Source of the DNA: an uncultured Prevotella sp.
Lineage (GTDB): Bacteria; Bacteroidota; Bacteroidia; Bacteroidales; Bacteroidaceae
NCBI GenBank assembly: GCA_900765465.1
Contig: CAAFRM010000366.1
Coordinates: 1 to 51,843 of the forward strand
Length of the DNA stretch: 51,843 bases
Direction: 5' to 3'
Shown here: positions 43,239 to 51,303 of the stretch, piece by piece
Layout: each line of letters starts with the position of its first letter
How positions within the stretch are numbered: position 1 is the stretch's first letter
Made by a program: the position numbers and the translations under genes
Notes under the pieces: model-generated
What the model was told of the DNA's origin: nothing
Databases searched by the model: none
The model's input: only the letters and a program-made list of their open reading frames with translations

Positions 43239-46200
43239 ATGAATCAAGACAAAAATCAAGATACAAGCAAGCCGAGGATTCCGCAGAAGGACACCGCCCT
43301 TCACGACCATATCAAGGCTCGCATTACGAGAAAACCCAATCGCATCATCAAGCGTTCGTTCATCGAATCGGCGATGTGCAACCATAATATCGTGATGCTC
43401 CTCATGGGTATGCTCGTTTTCGTGGGCATTCTGGGCATCTGCATCATGCCTAAGCAGGAAATGCCGCAATTCACCATCCGCCAGGGTGCCTGCGTTGCCG
43501 TATATCCCGGTGCCACATCCGATGAGGTGGAAGAACGGGTGGCGAAACCCCTGGAGAATTTCATCTTCGGATACAAGGAGGTCAACAAGAAGAAGACCTA
43601 CACCCAGAGCAAGGACGGCATGCTAATCGTATTCCTGGAACTCAACGATGATGTAGAAGACAGGGATGCCTTCTGGAGCAAGTTCAAGCACGGACTGCAG
43701 GCCTTCAAGGCATCACTTCCATCAGGCGTTCTCGCCCTGCAGGCAGTGGACGACATCGCCGATACCTCTGCCCTGCTCATCACGATGGAAAGCAAGCAGA
43801 AAACCTATCGGGAACTGAACACCTACATCGACCGGCTGAAGGACCGCCTGCGCCGCATCGATGCCATCTCCAACCTCCGCACCTACGGACTGGAGAACGA
43901 GCAGATCAGTATCTATCTGGACCAGAACAAGTTGGCTAAATACGGCATCGGTTCCTACAAGGTACTCAACCAGCTCGCCCTACAGGGCTTCACCACCATG
44001 AGTGGAAACCTGGAGCTGGGCAACCTCAACCTGCCTATCCACATCACCGACTCCTACAACAACGAGCGCGATGTGGCAGAGCAGATTGTCTATTCCGACC
44101 CCAAGGGCAACATCGTGCGCCTGAAGGATATTGCCCAGATCAGGAGAGAATATCCCAAATTGAGCAAATACATCAAGAGCAATGGCAACAAATGCGTGCT
44201 CCTCTCCATCGAGATGCGACCGGGCAATGACATCGTGAAGATGGGTAAAGACGTTCACCAGGCGATGGATGAGTTTGAGCAGACCCTGCCCGATGATGTG
44301 CATATCAATACCATCACCGACCAGAGCAAGGTAGTGAGCGAATCAGTGCTCAACTTCCTTCGCGAACTGCTCATCTCGGTCATCTCCGTCATCATCGTGG
44401 TCATCCTGCTTATGCCACGTCGCGTGGCAGAGGTATCCGCCCTCAGCATCCCGATCACCATCTTCTCTTCGGTGGGCATCTTCTATCTTTTCGGTATGGA
44501 ACTGAACACAGTCACCCTGGCTGCCCTCATCGTAACCCTGGGTATGGTGGTGGATGATTCCGTTGTCATTATCGACAACTATATGGAGAAGCTGGGCCAC
44601 GGCATGTCGCGCTGGCATGCAGCCATCGCTGCACCACGCGAGTTTTTCATGTCAGTACTCTCCGCCACGCTCAGCATCTCGCTCACCTTCTTCCCGTTCC
44701 TCTTCACCATGCATGGTGACATGGGCGATTTCGTCAAGTCGTTCCCTTGGGCAATGTTCATCATCCTGAGCATCTCGCTCACGGTTTCGCTGCTGCTTAC
44801 ACCTTATTTACAATATAGGGTGATCCATCAGGGTATTAGCAGTCAGCCTACCCCCAACGCCCGGAAGAAGCCGCTCGATTATCTGCAGATGGGTTACACC
44901 TGGCTGTTGAAGCACTGTTTCTCCAGTCCTCGCATCACCCTCATCGTGGGCGTGGTGCTGGTAAGCATCGGTGCCGTCATCTTCGTGAATCTTCCGCAGC
45001 GAATGATGCCTATCGCCGAGAGAAACCAGTTTGCCGTGGAGTTCTATCTCCCTAACGGAACCACAGCCGATAGAACTGCACAGGTGGCAGATTCGATGGC
45101 TCACATCCTGCAGCGCGACTCGCAGGTAACGGCGGTAACCACGTTTATCGGACAGGGTTCGCCCCGTTTCCATACCACCTACGCTCCGCAGATTGGCGGT
45201 CCCAACTTTGCCCAGTTCATCGTGAATACAGTAGATAACGGTGCCACCGAAGAGGTACTCGACCGATATGCCGACCGCTACTCCAACTACTTCCCGGATT
45301 GCTACATCCGCTTCAAGCAGATGGATTACAACAATGCCAGCTACCCTATCGAAGTAAGAGTGAGCGGCGACAGCATCAGCGATTTGAAGGCTGCCGCCAG
45401 GAAGATAGCCGCCTGCATGCATCAGATAGAAGGTATCAATCTGATCCGCACCAATTTCGAGGAGCCGTTGCCGGGCATCCGGGTTACGCCGGATGCTACC
45501 GAGGCCAACCGTCTGGGTGTAAACAAGACGCTGCTCTCTGCCGATCTTGCCATTCATTTTGGCGATGGCATTCCGATGTCCACCCTATGGGAAGGCGATT
45601 ATCCGGTGAAGATGGTACTGAAGTCGGAGAACGACAGCGACCTTGCCAACGAATACATCCCTGTGATGGGCGGAACATCGAGTGTGCCGCTCCGTCAGCT
45701 GGCTAAGATTTCTCCCGACTGGCACGATGGCTGCATCGTCCGACGCAATGGCATACGCACCATTTCCATCGTCGGTGAACCGTTGAGAGGTTATAATGCC
45801 AACCAGTTGTCCAACAAGCTGAAAGAGGAAATATCGAAACTCCCGCTCGGTACCGATCTGGATTGGGAGATTGGCGGTATGGCAGAAAAGGATGGTGAAA
45901 CCATGCCACAGGTGATATCGGGTGTGCTGATAGCGGTATTGATCATCTTCTTCATTCTGCTCTTCCATTTCAAGCGCATCAGCCTGGCTCTGGTGAATCT
46001 CTCCTCCATGTCGCTCTGCATCTTCGGTGCTGCGATAGGACTTCTGATTACCGGCTTCGATGTCAGCATCACCTGTATTCTGGGTGTCGTGAGTCTGATG
46101 GGTATTCTGGTAAGAAACGGTATCATCATGCTCGATTATGCCGAGGAACTTCGCCGCGACAAGGAACTTTCGGTAAGAGATGCCGCCTTCCAGGCTGGTG

Positions 46201-46424
46201 AGCGCCGTATGCGTCCTATCTTCCTCACCTCAGCAGCAGCTTCGGTAGGCGTATTGCCGATGATGATAGAGAACAACACGTTATGGTCGCCGATGGGAGC
46301 CGTCATCTTCTTCGGAACCCTTATCTCGATGGTGCTCATCGCCACCATCCTTCCTGTGCTCTATTGGATTGTATTCGATAAGCACGGAAAGTATAGCTTG
46401 AGGAAAAAGACATCCTGTGAATAA
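43239..46424 (+). CDS. RND efflux permease (AcrB/CusA family)
   Basis: YPGA...EVE, GMVVDDSVV, GILVRNGI and RMRPIFLT; two-repeat 12-TM architecture; alternative GTG start at 43224. Confidence 0.92.
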   Translation: MNQDKNQDTSKPRIPQKDTALHDHIKARITRKPNRIIKRSFIESAMCNHNIVMLLMGMLVFVGILGICIMPKQEMPQFTIRQGACVAVYPGATSDEVEERVAKPLENFIFGYKEVNKKKTYTQSKDGMLIVFLELNDDVEDRDAFWSKFKHGLQAFKASLPSGVLALQAVDDIADTSALLITMESKQKTYRELNTYIDRLKDRLRRIDAISNLRTYGLENEQISIYLDQNKLAKYGIGSYKVLNQLALQGFTTMSGNLELGNLNLPIHITDSYNNERDVAEQIVYSDPKGNIVRLKDIAQIRREYPKLSKYIKSNGNKCVLLSIEMRPGNDIVKMGKDVHQAMDEFEQTLPDDVHINTITDQSKVVSESVLNFLRELLISVISVIIVVILLMPRRVAEVSALSIPITIFSSVGIFYLFGMELNTVTLAALIVTLGMVVDDSVVIIDNYMEKLGHGMSRWHAAIAAPREFFMSVLSATLSISLTFFPFLFTMHGDMGDFVKSFPWAMFIILSISLTVSLLLTPYLQYRVIHQGISSQPTPNARKKPLDYLQMGYTWLLKHCFSSPRITLIVGVVLVSIGAVIFVNLPQRMMPIAERNQFAVEFYLPNGTTADRTAQVADSMAHILQRDSQVTAVTTFIGQGSPRFHTTYAPQIGGPNFAQFIVNTVDNGATEEVLDRYADRYSNYFPDCYIRFKQMDYNNASYPIEVRVSGDSISDLKAAARKIAACMHQIEGINLIRTNFEEPLPGIRVTPDATEANRLGVNKTLLSADLAIHFGDGIPMSTLWEGDYPVKMVLKSENDSDLANEYIPVMGGTSSVPLRQLAKISPDWHDGCIVRRNGIRTISIVGEPLRGYNANQLSNKLKEEISKLPLGTDLDWEIGGMAEKDGETMPQVISGVLIAVLIIFFILLFHFKRISLALVNLSSMSLCIFGAAIGLLITGFDVSITCILGVVSLMGILVRNGIIMLDYAEELRRDKELSVRDAAFQAGERRMRPIFLTSAAASVGVLPMMIENNTLWSPMGAVIFFGTLISMVLIATILPVLYWIVFDKHGKYSLRKKTSCE

Positions 46425-46438
46425 GCAGTAAGTATTTT

Positions 46439-46594
46439 TTTAGGTCACGCAGATTTCGCAGATTACGCAGATTTTGAGACCTATGCGGTCTATGAATAGT
46501 CCCCTAGCCCGAACAGGGCAAAAAAAATCTGCGTCATCTGCGAAATCTGCGTGACCTAAATTTCCCCCAGCCCGAACAGGGCAAAAGAAATCTG
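46439..46594. repeat. Composite inverted/direct repeat element (REP/MITE-like)
   Basis: 37-bp arms (46439-46475 and 46524-46560) with 1 mismatch; 31-bp direct repeat CCCC(T/C)AGCCCGAACAGGGCAAAA(A/G)AAATCTG at 46501 and 46564. Confidence 0.85.
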
Positions 46595-46601
46595 TGAGCC
46601 C

Positions 46602-46871
46602 CTATACCTTATCCCCAAACGATGCACGGATAAGTTTCTCTCTAATATCCGGATAAACATCTTCTGAAAAATAGCCTTTCAAGCCATCCACGATTCTCAC
46701 GTAAATAGCGTGGTTATACACTTCCTTACCTTTTCTGACTCCCGTAAGGTACTTTGGACCCAGCTGAATGTTGGCTGCGAACTCTGCGCAGTTAATCTCA
46801 TTGTCATGCATGATCTGGCGCAATGTTTTGCCAAATAAATGCATGTCAATGTCAATTTTACTTTTGTACAT
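46602..46871 (-). CDS. Small XRE/Cro-like HTH protein
   Basis: FGKTLRQIMHDNEINCAEFAANIQLGPKYLTGVRKG fits the XRE HTH pattern; divergent from the primase gene. Confidence 0.6.
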   Translation of the reverse strand: MYKSKIDIDMHLFGKTLRQIMHDNEINCAEFAANIQLGPKYLTGVRKGKEVYNHAIYVRIVDGLKGYFSEDVYPDIREKLIRASFGDKV

Positions 46872-46910
46872 TGTTAAATTAATTTAATGTTTTAAAAATC
46901 TATACTTGAA

Positions 46911-46957
46911 GATTCCCACTATGGGAATCGACCTTTCAGTCCTTTTTTGTAACTTTG
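46911..46957 (+). promoter_or_regulatory. Palindromic operator and -7 promoter box of the primase-helicase gene
   Basis: GATTCCCA-CTA-TGGGAATC perfect inverted repeat at 46911-46929; TAACTTTG at 46950-46957. Confidence 0.6.
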
Positions 46958-47045
46958 CGATATGAAACCAGCGAGATACTGACTATCCCCAACTCCTTTC
47001 ACTCAATCATGTAAACGGAACAATCCGCTTTACCAACAATAGTAA

Positions 47046-49160
47046 ATGATAAAAATGAAGCAACTAGTATCACAATTCGCAAACATGACCAGCAAGACTC
47101 CCATACTGGGAGACCTCGAAAGCCTGGTTTCATTTATGAAAACCGATGAGAGACTCAAGTTCCTCACCCAATCCTACCGCCAAACCGGCAAGAAAACCTT
47201 TAAGGCAGATGCGCCCCTCTTTGCCCCAGCCTGCCACCTCGAAGGAGGCAAGGGCCAGGACAACATCCGGGAACTCACCCACCTATCTCTCGTAGATTTC
47301 GATGAGCTCTTCCCCGAAGTGCCTCCCGATATCACGGCTCTCAACGCCCTGAAGCAGAAGCTCTGCGCCGATCCGCACACCCTACTCTGCTACATCACGA
47401 TGAGCGGCAACGGTATCCGAGTCATCTATCCCTATCTCGGAGATGACTACCCCGCCGCCTTCGCCAAGGGCAATGACTACTATCAGCAGCTCATTGGCAA
47501 AAAAGCTGACTTTCAATGCAAGAACGTCAACCGGCTCAGTGGACTCGCCTACGATCCCGATGCATACTACAATTCCGATGCTATCTCTTTCTCAGCCGAA
47601 GAAATCTCCCTATTCCATACCGAGACAACTAAGAAGAATCAGAAACAGAAGAAACTGGAACACATCAACACCTACTACGAGCAACTCATCAAGCCGAAAC
47701 TAGACAACGACAAGATTATTTATCAGCCAAACAAACACAATAACTATGTGATGAGAGTGGGCTATATGCTCGCCAGGAAGCGCTATGCCCATACCAACGT
47801 TCTGGAATGGGCACTCCAGAAATATCCCGAATACGACGGCGTGGAGCAGGTCATCAAGTCCTGCTACGACAACACCCCCGGTGCCTCCAGAAAGGCATCT
47901 GGAGGAGGCGGAAATGGCGGCAGTGACAACCGCTTCGCATCGGTCGATGAAATCAGAAATTTTCTCGATGGTCATATCCGTCTCCGATACAATCTCATCA
48001 CGCAGCGATACGAGTTTCTGGAAATCCCAGAAGGCGCCTCTCTATCTTCCGACAAGCCGCCACGATGGCAGATACTCCTCGACCGTCACGTCAACTCGCT
48101 CTGGACCAAGATGTCGCTCACGGTGAAGGTAAATAAGTTGGATATGCGCAATGTCATCGAGAGCGATTATACGCCCGTATTCAATCCCTTCGAGGATTAT
48201 TTCGCCCATCTCCCGCCCTGGAAGGAGGGCGACAAGGACTACATCGCCGAACTCGCTGCCACCGTGAAGGTGAAGGATACCGACAGCTCCGTGCTGAGCT
48301 TCGAGGAATGCCTGAAAAAGTGGCTCGTGGCAATGATTGCAGGTTGGCTGGACGAAGAGGCGGTCAACAATGTCATCCTGGTCTATATCGGAAAACAGGG
48401 TGCCAACAAGACCACCTGGTTCAATCATCTCCTTCCGCTGGAGCTGAAGCAGTACTTCTACACGAAGACTAATGCCAAGCGAATGACGAAGGATGACCTC
48501 ATCGCCCTCTCGCAGTACGCCCTCATCTGCTGCGAGGAGCTGGATACGATGTCGGCATCAGAGATGAACCAGCTGAAGGCTGCGGTGACGATGCAGTATA
48601 TCAACGAGCGAGCTGCCTATGCCCACTATGCCGAGCAGCGCAAGCACATCAACAGTTTCTGCGGCACGGGCAACAATCCTGAGTTTCTGAACGATCCTAC
48701 GGGTACCCGCCGCTGGCTGCCTTTCGAGGTAGAGAGCATCGTCTCCCCCCGCCAGCATCCCTTCAATCATCCCGGCATCTATGCCCAGGCTTACGCCCTC
48801 TACAAGAGCGGCTACCGCTACTGGTTTACGGATGAAGAGATAGAGCGGCAGAACCGGCACAACAGCAAATTCGAGACGCCACGCCTCGAACAGGAACTGG
48901 TGGATCTCTACTTCCGGAAGCCTTCGGAGGGAGAGACAGGGGAGTTTGTGTCCGTTGCCCGGGCGATGCAGATCATCGGCTGCAACATCACTCAGAAGCT
49001 GAGCAGCCAGAAGATTGGCAAGGCATTCAGCGACCTGGATTTCAAGAGGTTTCGCAATACAAGATGCCGTGGTTTCATCGCCATCATCCGTACGGCTGAA
49101 GAGATCAGAAACTATCAGATTTCCCTGGGAATCGATGCCAGCAGCAACCTTCCGTTCTGA
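47046..49160 (+). CDS. VirE/VapE-type primase-helicase (BT4734-like N-domain plus P-loop ATPase)
   Basis: N-terminal LVDFDEL, TMSGNGIRV and DFQCKNVNRL (prim-pol-like); Walker A variant GKQGANKTT, Walker B ICCEEL, GTGN, DPTGTRRW; winged-helix-like C-terminus. Confidence 0.82.
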   Translation: MIKMKQLVSQFANMTSKTPILGDLESLVSFMKTDERLKFLTQSYRQTGKKTFKADAPLFAPACHLEGGKGQDNIRELTHLSLVDFDELFPEVPPDITALNALKQKLCADPHTLLCYITMSGNGIRVIYPYLGDDYPAAFAKGNDYYQQLIGKKADFQCKNVNRLSGLAYDPDAYYNSDAISFSAEEISLFHTETTKKNQKQKKLEHINTYYEQLIKPKLDNDKIIYQPNKHNNYVMRVGYMLARKRYAHTNVLEWALQKYPEYDGVEQVIKSCYDNTPGASRKASGGGGNGGSDNRFASVDEIRNFLDGHIRLRYNLITQRYEFLEIPEGASLSSDKPPRWQILLDRHVNSLWTKMSLTVKVNKLDMRNVIESDYTPVFNPFEDYFAHLPPWKEGDKDYIAELAATVKVKDTDSSVLSFEECLKKWLVAMIAGWLDEEAVNNVILVYIGKQGANKTTWFNHLLPLELKQYFYTKTNAKRMTKDDLIALSQYALICCEELDTMSASEMNQLKAAVTMQYINERAAYAHYAEQRKHINSFCGTGNNPEFLNDPTGTRRWLPFEVESIVSPRQHPFNHPGIYAQAYALYKSGYRYWFTDEEIERQNRHNSKFETPRLEQELVDLYFRKPSEGETGEFVSVARAMQIIGCNITQKLSSQKIGKAFSDLDFKRFRNTRCRGFIAIIRTAEEIRNYQISLGIDASSNLPF

Positions 49161-49167
49161 TGCCGTT

Positions 49168-49311
49168 TATGACACTATGACACTTATGACACTTGTTTTC
49201 TAAAACTTTCCTCACGCGGGCGGGCAGGAAAAATTTTCCAGAAAGGCCTCCCGCCCGCCTACGTGAGAGAGATTTCAAGAAAAGCCTGTCATAAGTGTCA
49301 TAAGTGTCATA
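49168..49311. repeat. ~145-bp imperfect palindrome with triple TATGACAC at each end
   Basis: Left arm TATGACACTATGACACTTATGACAC...CTCACGCGGGCGGGCAGG; right arm reverse complement TATGACACTTATGACACTTATGACAG...CTCACGTAGGCGGGCGGGAGG. Confidence 0.88.
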
Positions 49312-49330
49312 CCGGAGCAAAAAATCTCCA

Positions 49331-49418
49331 GCATCCTAAGTAAGTCACTCAGGCATCCTAAGCAAGTCACTTACAGCTCGTAAGTAAGTCACTTAGGCAT
49401 CGTAAACAAGTCACTTTT
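49331..49418. repeat. Four 22-bp direct repeats (iteron-like)
   Basis: GCATCCTAAGTAAGTCACTCAG / GCATCCTAAGCAAGTCACTTAC / AGCTCGTAAGTAAGTCACTTAG / GCATCGTAAACAAGTCACTTTT. Confidence 0.9.
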
Positions 49419-49432
49419 AAATTTCAATCAAT

Positions 49433-49642
49433 ATGGAACAGAAATGTTATTCCAAGCAAGAGTTAGCTCTTGAGTATTTCCCTGATGCCACACCCGAAGT
49501 GGCAAGTGCCCATCTCAGAAGATGGATCAACCGCTGCAAGCCTCTCCACGATGCTCTGGTGAAGAGCGGCTACACCAAATGGTCGAAGGAATTCAGTCCG
49601 ATACAGGTAGCCCACATCTTCGACTATCTGGGCGAGCCATAG
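49433..49642 (+). CDS. DUF4248 domain protein
   Basis: YSKQELALEYFP...A...LRRWI...L...GY...FSPIQV..IFDYLGEP is the characteristic family pattern. Confidence 0.85.
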   Translation: MEQKCYSKQELALEYFPDATPEVASAHLRRWINRCKPLHDALVKSGYTKWSKEFSPIQVAHIFDYLGEP

Positions 49643-49680
49643 GAAGAAAATCATTCTTCCGGGCTTATCTTCAGAAAAAG

Positions 49681-49730
49681 ACGTGAAAATCAGTGAGAAA
49701 CCGTGAGTAAACGTGAGAAACCGTGAATGG
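49681..49730 (+). repeat. Five 10-bp tandem units with a GTGA core
   Basis: GTGA at 49683, 49693, 49703, 49713 and 49723, just upstream of the TATCTTTG promoter box at 49747-49754. Confidence 0.85.
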
Positions 49731-49827
49731 CGGATTCTGAATGTTGTATCTTTGCATTGTGATTCAGAAAGAACCACGGGCAATGCGCAGCGCCGATTAA
49801 CTTTAATAATTTAACCATTTAAACGTT

Positions 49828-50427
49828 ATGATCAGAATTGTCTTATACCAGAACACGAACCAGAAGATTGCCGAAGCTTACGGCAAATGGTTTCCACGAG
49901 TAGTATCCGATGAAACCATCGGACTCGAAGAGCTCGCCGCTCACATGGCTAGCCACAACACCCCTTACAGCAAGGGTGCCATCCTCGGTATGCTGACCGA
50001 TGCAGCAGCCTGCACCAAGGAGTTGCTCCTCTTGGGTAAGAATGTGAAGTTTGCCGACATCGCCATTTTCTCCCTCGGACTGAAGGTGAAGGGCGGTGCA
50101 CCTACCAAGGAGAACTACAACGTGGCGAAGTACATTTTGGGGCTGAAGTTGAGAGCCAGAGCCACTGGCGAGCTCAAGACCGAGAATCTTGACACCTCTA
50201 TCAAGCTCATCAATCTGGCAGCTCCTGCAACGGAGAATCCGGGGAATTCGGAGAATCCGGATGATGCCGGCAAGGACAACCCATCAGGTGGTGGCAGCCA
50301 GACTACCGGAGGTGGTGGTGGCAGCCAGACTGGTGGCGGTGGCAACACCGATAACACCCAGCAGGGTGGCGGCGGAACCACGGATAGCGGTTCTACAGAA
50401 GAAGGTGGCGACAACGTAAATTTTTAG
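49828..50427 (+). CDS. HU/IHF-like (HU-HIG type) DNA-binding protein with Gly-rich tail
   Basis: YGKWFPR, IGLEELAAHMASHNTPYSKGAI, LLLGKNVKFADIAIFSL; disordered acidic G/S/T tail. Confidence 0.82.
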   Translation: MIRIVLYQNTNQKIAEAYGKWFPRVVSDETIGLEELAAHMASHNTPYSKGAILGMLTDAAACTKELLLLGKNVKFADIAIFSLGLKVKGGAPTKENYNVAKYILGLKLRARATGELKTENLDTSIKLINLAAPATENPGNSENPDDAGKDNPSGGGSQTTGGGGGSQTGGGGNTDNTQQGGGGTTDSGSTEEGGDNVNF

Positions 50428-50598
50428 CCGAGAATCGTAAAATCTGAAAGAAGGGAGCCGTATGGCGTCAGGGGCATTCCGAGAGCATCAAGAGGCAGGA
50501 ATCATCTGCAACATTCATCAAAAGCAAGCTCTGCACGGGTGCCTGGGTTATAGGGGTTCATTCTTAGGATATCTCCCTGGTTATGAACTTTTTAGTTG

Positions 50599-50664
50599 AA
50601 TCAAGTTTTAGTAAATCAAGTATTAGTAAAGTCAATTTTTAGTAAATCAATTTTTAGTAAATCA
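50599..50664. repeat. 15-bp tandem repeat x4
   Basis: AATCAAGTTTTAGTA, AATCAAGTATTAGTA, AAGTCAATTTTTAGTA, AATCAATTTTTAGTA. Confidence 0.85.
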
Positions 50665-50671
50665 TCAGACC

Positions 50672-50770
50672 ATGAGAAAAGAAACCATCAAGAAGATCAT
50701 CAATCTTATCATCACAGTACTTACCGCCATCGCTTCTGCCGTCTGCGTGCAGAGCTGCAAGGGATTGTAA
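50672..50770 (+). CDS. Smalltalk family peptide (32 aa; below the ORF-track cutoff)
   Basis: MRKETIKKIINLIITVLTAIASAVCVQSCKGL: basic N-terminus, hydrophobic helix and VQSC end; lies between the HU-like gene and the amidase. Confidence 0.85.
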   Translation: MRKETIKKIINLIITVLTAIASAVCVQSCKGL

Positions 50771-50785
50771 TGAATCCCGCATCAG

Positions 50786-50827
50786 TATTCAGAAATCGTT
50801 ATTCAGAAATCGTTATTCAGTAATCAT
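50786..50827. repeat. 14-bp tandem repeat x3
   Basis: TATTCAGAAATCGT x2 plus TATTCAGTAATCAT. Confidence 0.85.
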
Positions 50828-50842
50828 TAACAAGAGTTGCCT

Positions 50843-51277
50843 ATGATCAAGAACAGAAAGATCAATTTAATCGTCATCCACTGCAGTGCCACCCGAGTCA
50901 CCCAGGACTTCACGGTAGGCGAATTGGAGGCGTGTCATTTAGCCCGTGGTTTCCGTGACATCGGTTATCACTATTACATCACGAAGGACGGAGTGATTTA
51001 TCCGTGCCGTCCGGAGTCGGAGCCTGGCGCTCATGCCCGTCATTACAACGCCCACAGCATCGGCATCTGTTACGAGGGTGGTCTGGATGCCGAAGCCCGT
51101 CCTGCCGACACCCGCACGCCAGCCCAGAAGGCTGCGATGAGAGAGCTTCTGAAGAGCCTCTGTACCGACTATCCTGAAGCCGAGATCCTGGGTCATAGAG
51201 ATCTCCCTGGCGTTCACAAGGAGTGTCCATGTTTCGATGTCAAGAAGTGGCTTTCCAACATCCATTTCCACATATAA
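50843..51277 (+). CDS. N-acetylmuramoyl-L-alanine amidase (Amidase_2, T7 lysozyme-like)
   Basis: IVIHCSAT, IGYHYYI, GAHARHYN, SIGICYEGG, GHRD and KECPCFD; no signal peptide. Confidence 0.92.
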   Translation: MIKNRKINLIVIHCSATRVTQDFTVGELEACHLARGFRDIGYHYYITKDGVIYPCRPESEPGAHARHYNAHSIGICYEGGLDAEARPADTRTPAQKAAMRELLKSLCTDYPEAEILGHRDLPGVHKECPCFDVKKWLSNIHFHI

Positions 51278-51303
51278 TTTTCCGTACTCATCTCTCTTTC
51301 CTC

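Noticed and set aside
49331..49418. CRISPR array (also considered for 20528-20622)
   Set aside because: Units are contiguous 22-mers without unique 30-40-bp spacers, and there are no cas genes
50596..50823. 75-aa ORF
   Set aside because: Translation of tandem repeats; the smalltalk ORF in another frame explains the region
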